A DNA stretch of 64,000 nucleotides from Clostridia bacterium (lineage in GTDB: Bacteria > Bacillota > Clostridia > Oscillospirales > Acutalibacteraceae): assembly GCA_017407705.1 (NCBI GenBank), contig JAFQWA010000029.1, positions 1,628 through 65,627 of the forward strand, read 5' to 3'. Every line of letters starts with the position of its first letter. Positions within the stretch are counted from its first letter, which is position 1. Below the pieces are notes generated by a model. The model saw nothing but the letters and a program-made list of their open reading frames with translations, was not told where the DNA came from and searched no databases. The position numbers and the translations under genes were made by a program. This document shows positions 9,258 through 18,864 of this stretch, in pieces.

Positions 9258-10532
9258 TTACTTCTCGTTTCTCAGATCCAAAACACGTTTTGCCTTACCC
9301 TGGAATCTCTCAAGAGATTTAGGCTCTGCAAGAGTTACCTTAGCATCAAGACCTAAAATAGTGCGAAGTCTTGACTTGATAGAACGGGTAATTCCCTCAA
9401 GCTCAGAGTATTTTTCCAAGACGCTGCCGTCGATAAGCTCAACCTTAACCTCAAGTGTATCGGCAAAACCCTCACGACGAACAATCAGCTGATAGTGAGG
9501 TCCGATCTTATCCATACCCACCAAAGCACTTTCCACCTGTGAGGGGAACACGTTAACGCCACGAATCTTTAACATATCATCGCTTCTGCCTTTGATCTTA
9601 TCCATTCTGGCAGTGGTTCTTCCGCACTCACATTTCTCCTCAGTGATCCTTGTTAAGTCCTTAGTTCTGTAACGCAACAACGGAATAGCCTCTTTAGTAA
9701 GGGTAGTAACCACCAACTCACCCTCACTGCCGCTGGGCAATACTTCAAGTGTGTTGGGATCGATGGTTTCGCAGATAAAATGGTCCTCGTTAATATGTAA
9801 GCCTTGTCTTAAATGACACTCACCGGACATACCCGGTCCGCAGATTTCAGACAAGCCATAGTTATCGGTAACGAAAATGCCCCAAGCCGCCTCGATCTGA
9901 TCACGCATTTCAGGTGTGCAACCCTCAGAGCCTAAAATACCCAGCTTCAAGTGATAGTCGCTCATGGGATAGCCCAGCTCCTTAGCGCACTCAGCCATAT
10001 ACAAAGCATAGGAAGGTGTGGCAACCAAAGCGTTGGTTTTAAAGTCACGCATAAACATAAGCTGCTTTTCGGTATTTCCCGAGGATGTGGGCACAACGGT
10101 AGCGCCGATCTTTTCAAGACCGTAATGCAAGCCTAAAGCGCCTGTAAACATACCATAGCCAAATGCGATCTGCACGATAGTTTCGTCACTTGCACCGGCA
10201 GCGGTGGTAATACGTGCCACCATCTCAGCCCAGTTTTCCAGATCGTTTTTAGTGTAGCCAACAACGGTGGGCTTACCGGTTGTACCGCTGGATGCGTGAA
10301 TTCTGGCAATATTTTTCATAGGTGTGGCAAACAATCCGAAGGGATAGTTATCTCGCAGATCGGTCTTGTTTGTGTAGGGGATATACTGAATGTCCGAAAG
10401 GGTTTTTATCTTTTCGGGCAATACCCCTGCCATGTTCAGTTTTTTATGATAGAAAGGCACGTTATCGTAACAATATTTAACCAATCTTTTGAGCCTTTCA
10501 AGCTGAAGCGACTTAATATCGCTTCTTGACAT
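9258..10532 (-). CDS. paaK: Phenylacetate--CoA ligase family protein (second paralog)
   Basis: HASSGTTGK and YTNKTDLRDNYPF, collinear with the 5604..6902 paralog. ATG 10532 has AAGGAC 8-9 nt upstream. The track start 10610 is a TTG only about 10 nt downstream of a TATAAT box (10620-10625, minus) and lacks an RBS. Confidence 0.85.
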   Translation of the reverse strand: MSRSDIKSLQLERLKRLVKYCYDNVPFYHKKLNMAGVLPEKIKTLSDIQYIPYTNKTDLRDNYPFGLFATPMKNIARIHASSGTTGKPTVVGYTKNDLENWAEMVARITTAAGASDETIVQIAFGYGMFTGALGLHYGLEKIGATVVPTSSGNTEKQLMFMRDFKTNALVATPSYALYMAECAKELGYPMSDYHLKLGILGSEGCTPEMRDQIEAAWGIFVTDNYGLSEICGPGMSGECHLRQGLHINEDHFICETIDPNTLEVLPSGSEGELVVTTLTKEAIPLLRYRTKDLTRITEEKCECGRTTARMDKIKGRSDDMLKIRGVNVFPSQVESALVGMDKIGPHYQLIVRREGFADTLEVKVELIDGSVLEKYSELEGITRSIKSRLRTILGLDAKVTLAEPKSLERFQGKAKRVLDLRNEK

Positions 10533-10652
10533 AGTTTCAATGTCCTTATTCCAAATAGCTATTTTTCTCAGTCCTTTAAAATAATTTAACGGTTTAAAGC
10601 AATATAGCAATTATATCACATTATACAACAAAATAAAAGAATAAATTTTAAA

Positions 10653-12599
10653 TTATTTACTGTTTATATATGCGGTGGTGTAAAAAGCCGCCGAATTCCA
10701 GTAAATAGTGATTTCGTTGGTGGAATAACTCCACTCATTATCCATAAAACAAGCGGCGGAAGTGGGCTTAGTTTCGTGGGTGTAGAATTTTCTGATGGTT
10801 TCATCTTCCAGTCGGTCGTTAGGGCCGCCGGACACAAGTCCCGGAACAGGTGCGGCAATACCGTCAGCCTGAGAAGGACGGTGGTGGGGATTTTCAATAG
10901 TTTTAGTGCCAAACCCCGTTACATAGCACTGGGACAAAATGTTTCTGCCCATTAAATAGGAAATGTGGTCTTTAATACACTGGTCATATTTGGTGGTGCC
11001 CACAAGCTTTGCCACTGTGCACATAACGTTTGCTCTGTTCATCAGAGCACCGTTACTGCCCCAGAAATAATCCATTGTTCCCAGAGAAATGCCGTAAACG
11101 TTAAGCTGAGAAGCACGGAACATTCTGTCGGCAGCGGATATAAGGTCATTGAGTGCGGCGGATTTCACCGAGCCTTCTGCCTTATCCGAAAGATAATACG
11201 CCATACTGCCTATAACTGCAAAATCCCACTGATTAAAGTTAAAGCTACCCATACTGCTGTTTCTTAACGCCTTGAATTTAGTGTTGTATTTCTGCTCACC
11301 GGTTGCCCTGAACAGCTCAGCTGCTGCGGCATATATTTCGTCCTTGGCGTTGTTGTCGCCGTAAACGCCGGTAACTATGCCTGAGGGATTTCTAAATCCG
11401 CTCATATTCTCGTTTGCCACGCTGAAATCATAAGCCTTTTTAGATGCCGCAAGGCACTTTTGAGCAAACACTGTATCAATGTTTTTGTAAAGTCGGTATG
11501 CGGCGGCGGTGGCTGCAGCAAAGCCTGCCGACGCAGTAAGGGAAATGGGTGATAAATACTGCTGTGCCATATCATACTGAGGCATAACGGTACCTGCAAA
11601 ACGGGCGGTGGTCACCTTATGATACACCCCACCTGAGGGTGCTTGCATAGTAAGCAGCCATTCCAGCTCGTATCTGGCTTCGTCCAGAATATCTGCGGTG
11701 TTGTCCCCACTTTCAGGAATGTTCAGGTTATGGGAAATGCCGTTGTTATACAGCTCATAAGCGTAAAACATCTGTAAAAGTGTGATGTTTGCAGGGGTAC
11801 TGTACTTACCGTAATCACCTGCGTCGTGCCAGCCGCCGAAAGCATCTACCCTAACTGATACATCAGAGTATAATTGTGCGGTGGTGTTGTGGCAGGCAGA
11901 GTGGGTGTAATCCCCTGCATATTTTGACTCCAAAGCACAGCCGCAACGCTGATAGTACAACGCTTTTATCATAGCATCGGACACTTGCTTATAGGGATTT
12001 GATTTTATTGTAAAGGGATAGGTCCTGCCCACGGGAGTGTGGATATAGTAACTACCCTCAGCAGTAACTGAGCTGAAATCGAAGGGATATACTGTTACAG
12101 CGTTGGTATCGTCATACTTGCCGCTTGCGGTGTTGCCCATATATACCACCTTGTTAGTGGCGGCGTTAACAACAAAAAACTTACCGCCAACCCCATTTGA
12201 CAAGGCTATCTTCTTATCGTTTTTACCGTAGCCCACCTGATTTACCGAAACTGCATCGGTGGTGGTGTTGACGTAGCTATCAGGCACCAAATTAGCTCTA
12301 TCAGCAGAGGTGGTGCCGTTATAAGGCGCAGTGGTACGCACCGTCGTGCTTTGCACTTTATCGGTGACAGCGGTACTGCCGCTTACTTGTGGAGCATCAG
12401 GAGATGACTGTGTTGACACAGCTACTGTGGTAGTATAAGAGGCATCAGGCTGATATATACCGGTGGGCTGAGCTGCGTTTGTGCCGGTATTTGAATTGGC
12501 AGTGGTGCTATCAGTTGCGGTGTTGCCGCTTGTAGTACAGGCAGTAACGCTAAGCAAAACACAAACTACTAATAACAGTGCCGTGAGCTTAATTTTCAT
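10653..12599 (-). CDS. Glycoside hydrolase family 9 endoglucanase, lipoprotein with Ser/Thr-rich linker and Ig-like N-terminal module
   Basis: Lipobox LLSVTAC. GH9 signatures GGWHDAGDYGKY and NPHHRPS. No dockerin. Confidence 0.85.
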   Translation of the reverse strand: MKIKLTALLLVVCVLLSVTACTTSGNTATDSTTANSNTGTNAAQPTGIYQPDASYTTTVAVSTQSSPDAPQVSGSTAVTDKVQSTTVRTTAPYNGTTSADRANLVPDSYVNTTTDAVSVNQVGYGKNDKKIALSNGVGGKFFVVNAATNKVVYMGNTASGKYDDTNAVTVYPFDFSSVTAEGSYYIHTPVGRTYPFTIKSNPYKQVSDAMIKALYYQRCGCALESKYAGDYTHSACHNTTAQLYSDVSVRVDAFGGWHDAGDYGKYSTPANITLLQMFYAYELYNNGISHNLNIPESGDNTADILDEARYELEWLLTMQAPSGGVYHKVTTARFAGTVMPQYDMAQQYLSPISLTASAGFAAATAAAYRLYKNIDTVFAQKCLAASKKAYDFSVANENMSGFRNPSGIVTGVYGDNNAKDEIYAAAAELFRATGEQKYNTKFKALRNSSMGSFNFNQWDFAVIGSMAYYLSDKAEGSVKSAALNDLISAADRMFRASQLNVYGISLGTMDYFWGSNGALMNRANVMCTVAKLVGTTKYDQCIKDHISYLMGRNILSQCYVTGFGTKTIENPHHRPSQADGIAAPVPGLVSGGPNDRLEDETIRKFYTHETKPTSAACFMDNEWSYSTNEITIYWNSAAFYTTAYINSK

Positions 12600-12731
12600 A
12601 ATATCCCTCTTTTAAACATTTTTGTATCTTTGCTCAAAAGGATAAAATCCTTATAAAAAAGTTAAAATCATTAAAGCCAAATTAAGTTTTGCAGTATAAA
12701 ATATGAGTAACAGCAGATGGAGGTTTTTTGT

Positions 12732-13742
12732 ATGAATATGAAAAATTGGGTTAACGATATGCTTAGTGCAAAAGAGAAAGTCCCCATGCCTATACTGTCA
12801 TTTCCGTCGGTTTCTCTTCTTAACATCGGAGTTAAGGAGCTTATTTTCGACCCCGACCTTCAGGCAAAAGGTATGAAAGCCGTTGCCGATCGCAACGTTT
12901 CCTCTGCTTCGGTAAGTATGATGGATCTTTCCGTGGAGGCTGAGGCTTTTGGTTCTGCTGTTAAGGTATCTGATGATGAAGTACCCACCGTTGTGGGTGC
13001 CATTGCCGATAACAATGAAAAGGCCATAGCGCTGAAAGTCCCTAAGGTGGGTGACGGCAGAACGGGTATTTATGTATCTGCCATAGAAAAGGCGGTTAAG
13101 CTCATTGGTGACCGACCTGTTTTTGCAGGAATTATCGGTCCATATTCCTTGGCAGGCCGACTTATTGACATCAACGAAATTATGATAAACTGCTATGAGG
13201 AGCCTGAAATGGTCCACACTGTTTTATGTAAGGCAACTGAGTTTTTGATAGACTACGCTAAGGCTTACAAGGCTGTGGGTGCTAATGGAATTGTAATGGC
13301 GGAGCCTTTAGCAGGTATTTTATCCCCCAATTTAGCCAAAGAATTTTCCGAGCCTTATGTAAAGAAAATAGTTGATGCAGTCCAAGACGATGACTTTATT
13401 GTAATCTACCACAACTGCGGTAACAACGTTGTTTTGCAAATAGACTCTATTTTACGCACAGGTGCCATGGCTTACCATTTCGGCAACTCCATAAATATGG
13501 CACAGATGCTTGAAAAAGTCCCTGAAAATATCCTTGTAATGGGAAACGTGGACCCTGCCGCCCAGTTTTTAAACGGCACACCCGATAGCATTAAAGCCGA
13601 AACAAAACGCATTATGCTTCTTTGCTGTTCTCACTCAAACTTTGTTATTTCCTCGGGCTGTGATATCCCACCTATGACTCCCTGGGAAAATATTGATGCA
13701 TTCTTTGATGGGGTAAAGGAATTTTACGCTGAAAACAACTAA
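12732..13742 (+). CDS. Uroporphyrinogen decarboxylase (URO-D) family protein, MtaA/CmuA-like
   Basis: About 337 aa with a URO-D-like layout (MAEPLAG, IYHNCGN, SSGCDIPP). GGAGG lies 8 nt upstream of ATG 12732; the track start 12717 overlaps the RBS. Confidence 0.75.
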   Translation: MNMKNWVNDMLSAKEKVPMPILSFPSVSLLNIGVKELIFDPDLQAKGMKAVADRNVSSASVSMMDLSVEAEAFGSAVKVSDDEVPTVVGAIADNNEKAIALKVPKVGDGRTGIYVSAIEKAVKLIGDRPVFAGIIGPYSLAGRLIDINEIMINCYEEPEMVHTVLCKATEFLIDYAKAYKAVGANGIVMAEPLAGILSPNLAKEFSEPYVKKIVDAVQDDDFIVIYHNCGNNVVLQIDSILRTGAMAYHFGNSINMAQMLEKVPENILVMGNVDPAAQFLNGTPDSIKAETKRIMLLCCSHSNFVISSGCDIPPMTPWENIDAFFDGVKEFYAENN

Positions 13743-14287
13743 TTATCCTTTGCCTGCTTGGTTGTTTTAAATAACCTTTCCACTATAACCACAGCGACTA
13801 CCGAAAGGATAAGTCCTAAAACTGCACCTGATACTACGTCGCTGAAATAATGCACACCAAGATAAATTCTGGAAAAACCTATGAGCGCTGCCGTAACTAT
13901 TGCGGCGGCGCCTACTTTTTTGTTCCAATAAAAAAGTGCACCTGCTGCTGCAAAGGAACTGGTGGTATGACCTGACGGGAAAGAAAATCCGCCGGGTCTA
14001 AATATGATAGCGTCACTCCAGAAAGCCATATCGGGGCGTGGTCTTGCCACAATATTTTTAAGCAGGATATTGCAGAATACAAGGCACAGTATCAGCGCCA
14101 TACCCACAATAAATCCGTTTTTTCTGGTGGACTTTAAACACAGCATAACTATGGCTATGATTATCCAGAAAATGCCTATTTCACCTAAAAGGGTGATCAG
14201 CGACATTGCAACATCCATAAAGGGACTTCGCATTGTAGTTGCCATATATTCAGTTATTGCCATATCTATATTAGTTATAAATGACAT
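13739..14287 (-). CDS. PAP2-family phosphatase (undecaprenyl-diphosphatase / lipid phosphatase-like membrane protein)
   Basis: Three PAP2 motifs: KNIVARPRP, PSGHTTSS and SRIYLGVHYFSDV. Its stop overlaps the convergent URO-D stop by 4 nt. Confidence 0.85.
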   Translation of the reverse strand: MSFITNIDMAITEYMATTMRSPFMDVAMSLITLLGEIGIFWIIIAIVMLCLKSTRKNGFIVGMALILCLVFCNILLKNIVARPRPDMAFWSDAIIFRPGGFSFPSGHTTSSFAAAGALFYWNKKVGAAAIVTAALIGFSRIYLGVHYFSDVVSGAVLGLILSVVAVVIVERLFKTTKQAKDN

Positions 14288-14313
14288 TTTCGCACCTCAT
14301 AAAATCGGGTATC

Positions 14314-14347
14314 AGGGGACAAAAGCAGCTCTTGTCCCCTGTTTTTT
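14314..14347 (+). terminator. Stem-loop with a T-tract on the plus strand only, between the GH38 stop and the PAP2 start
   Basis: AGGGGACAA ... TTGTCCCCT is followed by GTTTTTT on the + strand. On the minus strand no U-tract follows. Both flanking genes are on the minus strand. Confidence 0.55.
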
Positions 14348-17300
14348 ATTTTATCTTTAATTTGATATTTTTGATCTCAAAGGGCTTAAATTCAAGACAA
14401 ATTTCGCCCTTTGCCATATCACTTACAGGCTGCTCCAACAGATTGCACTCACACCAGCTGTCAACTTCATACTCGCTGGTGATGTTAACCTTAGTCTTAC
14501 CGCCACGGCACTCGTGAAGTCTAACTACAATCTCATCGCTGTCGTAAGCCTTCTTAACTGCATCCACGCACACGTTCTCGCTATCAATACGAACCAGCTG
14601 TTTAACATCACATTTGCCGCTGACAGCCACAGGCTTTAAGTTAAGCAGATTGCTCTGTGCAATAGTATCCGACATTGCCACGCTCATATTATGAGGCAGC
14701 AATGAATAAGTAAAGCTGTGCTCACCCATATCTGCAGCATAATCAGGATGCTTACTGCTTTTCAGCAGAGTTATGCTCATTTTATTATCCTTGATGCTGT
14801 AGCCGTATTTGCAGTCGTTAAGCAAGCTTACACCGTAAGACGCATCTGATAAATCCGCCCACTTATGACCTACCACCTCAAAACGTGCATAATCCCAGCT
14901 TGTGTTAAAGTGGGTAGGACGCTCAACGTGACCGTACTGAACGTCGTAAGTGGCTTTGGTGGAGCGGACGTCCACGTTAAACGCCACTTTAAGCAAACGG
15001 TGGGATTCCTGCCAATCGACTTTAGTTTCAAAGTCGATTCGGGGATTGGATCTATACAAAATCATATTCTGAGTAAAGGTTGATTTATTGTACTTGTAAT
15101 TGAATCTGATAACGGTACGTACCGGTCCGTTTTCAACCGGCTCACAACCCACAAACTGAGCAATTTCCTTTTTACGGGTGTAGAATATATCAATATCCCA
15201 AGCATCGTAATTATTGGGCTTATCCTCGAAAATCTCCAGCACGTTAGAGGGCGCAGACAGCACCTGACGGCTGTTGGCCTTATCGAAAATGCTGACAAGA
15301 TTACCATTATCGTCCCACTCAACGCTATAATACGGGGTATCTGCACTGTTTATGCCCATAACAGACGTTACCTCCACATCACTGCAGGTGCAGGGCATAA
15401 AGTAGATGTTTTCAACCGATAAGGGCTTTGCAAACATCTGGACCACATAGCCGTTATCCACCTTCTGGCAGGGCAAAATATTGCCACTTTCGTCCTTAAA
15501 GCAGCCTTTAGCGTCGGTTTTGATAAAAACGTAAGAAACGCCTGAAAATCCACAGAAATTGATAATGCTGAACACGTTTTCCTGCGGCACCGACAGCACC
15601 TTTAACGCACTGTCTTTTACCTCTTTAACAGCATCCTCGACCTCACCGTATTCCTTATGGCAGTCCTTATAAACCTCGTTTATGGACGAGCCTGGGATTA
15701 TATCGTGGAACTGATTACGCAAAACAGTTTCCCAGCCGCTATACAAGGCATTTTGGTTGTACTCACCGCCGTTTAACATTGAGATGGCTGATAACCACTC
15801 TGCTTTTGCCAACTCATATTCCAAATGCCTGTTCATCTTTTTGTTGTAAGCCTGAGTGGTGTAGGTACCACGGTGATACTCAAGATAAAGCTCACCGTCC
15901 CAGGTGGCAAGATAACCGTCGGTATTTTCACAATAAGAATGGAGCTTGTCGAAAAACTCCTTAGCAGTGGAGGTTTTAACGTTGGGCAGACCGGGGATTT
16001 TATCCATTGCCCTTCTCATTTTCAGCATATCACGGTTTACACCGCCGCCACCGTCACCGTATCCGTAAGAAACAAGAGTCTCGGGACTTATATCCTTATT
16101 ACGGAACTTTTTGTAGCTACCCATAATGGCGTGAGGGCAGATAAGTCCGTTGTAAGTGGAAAAACGGGAGTAAATATCATCGCCCCAGTTAGGTGTGTTT
16201 ACAAAATATGTAAGTATCTCACTGCCGTCCATACCTCTCCATTTGAACAGGTCGTTAGGCATAGTGTTATACTGATTCCAGCTTATTTTTGTAGTCATAA
16301 AGGTTTTGATGTTACACAGCTTAAGTATCTGTGGCAGTGCCCAGCTGTATCCGAAAACGTCAGGCAACCACAAAAACTCGCAGTCCTTATCAAATTCCTC
16401 TTTTATGAACCTTGTGCCGTGGATCAGCTGACGTGCCAGTGACTCACCGGAGGTAACGTTACAGTCTGCCTCCAGCCACATACCGCCGTCTGCTTCCCAT
16501 TTGCCCTCTTTAACACGCTTCTTTATATATTCATAAACCTCAGGGCAATCGTTTTTAATATACTTATAAAGCTGAGGCTGAGTCTGCAGGAATTTATACT
16601 CATCAAACTCCTCCATAAGTCTGTTCACTGTTGAAAATGAGCGCATAGCCTTCTCACGGGTATGCTTTAAACGCCACAGCCAAGCCACGTCAATATGAGT
16701 GTGGCCAACGCAGTTTACCGTAACATCGCTGTCAGACTTAATAGCCGCCATATCACGCTCTAACTGCTCTACAGCCGGAGTAACTGTGTTATAAAACTTA
16801 TCGTCATCCCAGTTGATAAGGTCAAGGGCACTGTCCAGCATTTTGATTACCTTATGCTTTATGGGAGTATCCTCTAAATACTCAACTGCCTCTGCAATAC
16901 AGCGGGTGTAATAAAAAAGCTTGTCGGTATCACGGTGAAGATATCCCAAACTTACAGATTTTATCTTATGCTCTATCTCAGTGGGAATACCGCCACCCTC
17001 TAAGCCGGTCCAAAGCAAAAATACAAGCTTTACGTTCTTACCCGATAAATCAGTGAAAACAACGTCCTTATGGTTCTCGTCAACACCTTGATAGGGCTTG
17101 CCGTCCACATAAAGCAACGACTCAAAGCCACAGTTGTTACCGCCGCCGGTCCAACCAAAGTCGAAAAGACCCACAGTTTCATATCCCTCTTTTTGTGCGG
17201 GAATATCCACCTGCTTATACAACCACATATATCTGTCTCTGCCGATAAAATGGTCGCCGATATTTATTGTGTTATCCGAGCCGTATAACTCTTTTGGTAT

Positions 17301-17432
17301 GTACTTGTGAACCTCATCATTGCCAAGAGTATCGTCCATACAGGTAAGCGGTGCAATATTTTGCATATTGCAGTATCTGCGTGAGCCAAGCTCGTTTGCT
17401 CTGCTTTTAAATTTTTTCACGGTTAAGAACAT
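14346..17432 (-). CDS. Alpha-mannosidase, glycoside hydrolase family 38 (cytoplasmic)
   Basis: 1028 aa. GH38 metal-site motif GHTHIDVAWLW. The length and collinear layout are typical of bacterial GH38. RBS AAAGGTGA. Confidence 0.9.
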   Translation of the reverse strand: MFLTVKKFKSRANELGSRRYCNMQNIAPLTCMDDTLGNDEVHKYIPKELYGSDNTINIGDHFIGRDRYMWLYKQVDIPAQKEGYETVGLFDFGWTGGGNNCGFESLLYVDGKPYQGVDENHKDVVFTDLSGKNVKLVFLLWTGLEGGGIPTEIEHKIKSVSLGYLHRDTDKLFYYTRCIAEAVEYLEDTPIKHKVIKMLDSALDLINWDDDKFYNTVTPAVEQLERDMAAIKSDSDVTVNCVGHTHIDVAWLWRLKHTREKAMRSFSTVNRLMEEFDEYKFLQTQPQLYKYIKNDCPEVYEYIKKRVKEGKWEADGGMWLEADCNVTSGESLARQLIHGTRFIKEEFDKDCEFLWLPDVFGYSWALPQILKLCNIKTFMTTKISWNQYNTMPNDLFKWRGMDGSEILTYFVNTPNWGDDIYSRFSTYNGLICPHAIMGSYKKFRNKDISPETLVSYGYGDGGGGVNRDMLKMRRAMDKIPGLPNVKTSTAKEFFDKLHSYCENTDGYLATWDGELYLEYHRGTYTTQAYNKKMNRHLEYELAKAEWLSAISMLNGGEYNQNALYSGWETVLRNQFHDIIPGSSINEVYKDCHKEYGEVEDAVKEVKDSALKVLSVPQENVFSIINFCGFSGVSYVFIKTDAKGCFKDESGNILPCQKVDNGYVVQMFAKPLSVENIYFMPCTCSDVEVTSVMGINSADTPYYSVEWDDNGNLVSIFDKANSRQVLSAPSNVLEIFEDKPNNYDAWDIDIFYTRKKEIAQFVGCEPVENGPVRTVIRFNYKYNKSTFTQNMILYRSNPRIDFETKVDWQESHRLLKVAFNVDVRSTKATYDVQYGHVERPTHFNTSWDYARFEVVGHKWADLSDASYGVSLLNDCKYGYSIKDNKMSITLLKSSKHPDYAADMGEHSFTYSLLPHNMSVAMSDTIAQSNLLNLKPVAVSGKCDVKQLVRIDSENVCVDAVKKAYDSDEIVVRLHECRGGKTKVNITSEYEVDSWCECNLLEQPVSDMAKGEICLEFKPFEIKNIKLKIK

Positions 17433-17503
17433 AAGGAATCACCTTTGTTTTGGAATTTGGTTTCATTGTAGCACAAATATTTTAGGATAGCAATAAATAA
17501 TAC

Positions 17504-17531
17504 TTGCAAAAAAAATAAAAAGTGATATACT
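17504..17531 (+). promoter_or_regulatory. SigA-type promoter of the pheST leader
   Basis: TTGCAA (17504-17509), a 16-nt spacer, then an extended -10 TGaTATACT (17523-17531). Confidence 0.65.
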
Positions 17532-17555
17532 ATTTATAAATATGTGTATTAACGC

Positions 17556-17789
17556 TGTGAAAAAGAGAGTAGATACTGTTTTCATTCCAGAGAGAGCGGC
17601 ATTATTGCTGAAAGTCGCTTAATGTTAAGGCTGTATTGAAGTTCACTTTGGAGCGGTGCAGGTGAAAATGTAGTCTGCAACGGGTTGGCACCGTTATATG
17701 TCACAAAAGTGTTTGCTTTTGCAAAAATTCGGGTGGTACCGCGGAGATTATTTGCTTCGTCCTGTTTTTATCAGGACGAAGTTTTTTTG
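17556..17789 (+). promoter_or_regulatory. T-box riboswitch leader (Phe specifier UUC) with terminator/antiterminator
   Basis: Stem I elements AGAGAG ... GCTGAAAG. Specifier loop GAAgTTCA, with TTC at 17642-17644 followed by A. Conserved T-box sequence AATTCGGGTGGTACCGCGG (17727-17744). Terminator CTTCGTCCTG / CAGGACGAAG plus TTTTTTT (17755-17789). Located directly upstream of pheS. Confidence 0.88.
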
Positions 17790-17823
17790 TTTTACTGCCT
17801 AAACTTAAGAAAGGATGATTTTA

Positions 17824-18846
17824 ATGAAAAATCAAATCAATGCCGTATTGGAAAAGGCATTACAGCAGCTTGAAGCCGCCACATCTCAAGCTGAGCTTGA
17901 GGAAATACGAGTAAAAATTCTTGGTAAGAAAGGTGAGCTGACAGGCATTTTGAAGCAGCTTGGTACTCTTTCTGCCCAGGAGCGTCCCGTAATCGGCCAG
18001 TTGGCTAACGAGGTTCGTACTAAGCTGGAAGGCAAGATCAGCGAGAAAATGACCGAGATCAAAGAGTCGGCCCTTTTGCAGCAGCTTAAAGACGAGAAGA
18101 TCGACGTTACTATGCCCGGCAAACGTAACGAGCTTGGCTACAAGCACCCTCTTACCACTGTTTTAAACGAAATCAAGGATATTTTCATCGGTATGGGCTT
18201 CTCTATTGCAGAGGGACCCGAAGTGGAGTATGACTATTACAACTTCGAGGCTTTAAATCTGCCTAAGGACCATCCTGCAAGAGACACTCAGGATACCTTC
18301 TACATCACTGATAACATTTTGCTGAGAACACAAACCTCTCCTATGCAGGTTCGTGTTATGGAAAAACAGCAGCCCCCTATCAGAATTATTGCTCCCGGTC
18401 GAGTTTACCGTTCTGATGAGGTTGACGCTACCCACTCACCCTTATTCCACCAGATTGAAGGTCTTGTTATTGACAAGGGCGTTACTATGGGTGACCTTAA
18501 GGGTACATTGGAAGTGTTTGCAAAACGTCTTTACGGCGAGGATGCAGTAGTTCGTTTCAGACCCCACCACTTCCCCTTTACCGAGCCCTCTGCTGAGATG
18601 GATATTCAGTGCTTCAGCTGTCAGGGTAAGGGCTGTCGTTTGTGCAAAAACGAGGGTTGGATCGAGATTTTAGGTTGCGGTATGGTGCATCCTAAGGTGC
18701 TGGAGAACTGCGGTATTGACCCCGAGGAGTACAGCGGTTTTGCTTTCGGTTTAGGACTTGAGCGAATCGTTATGCGTCGTTATAACATCGACGATATGCG
18801 TTTGCTTTACGAAAACGATATGAAATTCTTCAAGAGTATTAAATAA
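17824..18846 (+). CDS. pheS: Phenylalanine--tRNA ligase subunit alpha
   Basis: Class II motifs, including [16 protein letters not shown] and [14 protein letters not shown] 17824 has AAGGA 8 nt upstream; the track start 17815 overlaps the RBS. Confidence 0.97.
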   Translation: MKNQINAVLEKALQQLEAATSQAELEEIRVKILGKKGELTGILKQLGTLSAQERPVIGQLANEVRTKLEGKISEKMTEIKESALLQQLKDEKIDVTMPGKRNELGYKHPLTTVLNEIKDIFIGMGFSIAEGPEVEYDYYNFEALNLPKDHPARDTQDTFYITDNILLRTQTSPMQVRVMEKQQPPIRIIAPGRVYRSDEVDATHSPLFHQIEGLVIDKGVTMGDLKGTLEVFAKRLYGEDAVVRFRPHHFPFTEPSAEMDIQCFSCQGKGCRLCKNEGWIEILGCGMVHPKVLENCGIDPEEYSGFAFGLGLERIVMRRYNIDDMRLLYENDMKFFKSIK

Positions 18847-18864
18847 GAAAGGACGGAATGTATT

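Noticed and set aside
10533-10610. Upstream TTG start extending the second paaK by 26 codons
   Set aside because: The TTG has no RBS and lies about 10 nt downstream of a TATAAT box. ATG 10532 has a proper RBS. An even rarer ATA/ATT start near 10556-10562, matching the usual M-IWNK N-terminus, cannot be excluded.
15825-16442. 205-aa + strand ORF inside the GH38 gene
   Set aside because: It is entirely antisense to a 1028-aa ORF with GH38 signatures. It has no start context and its sequence is not protein-like.
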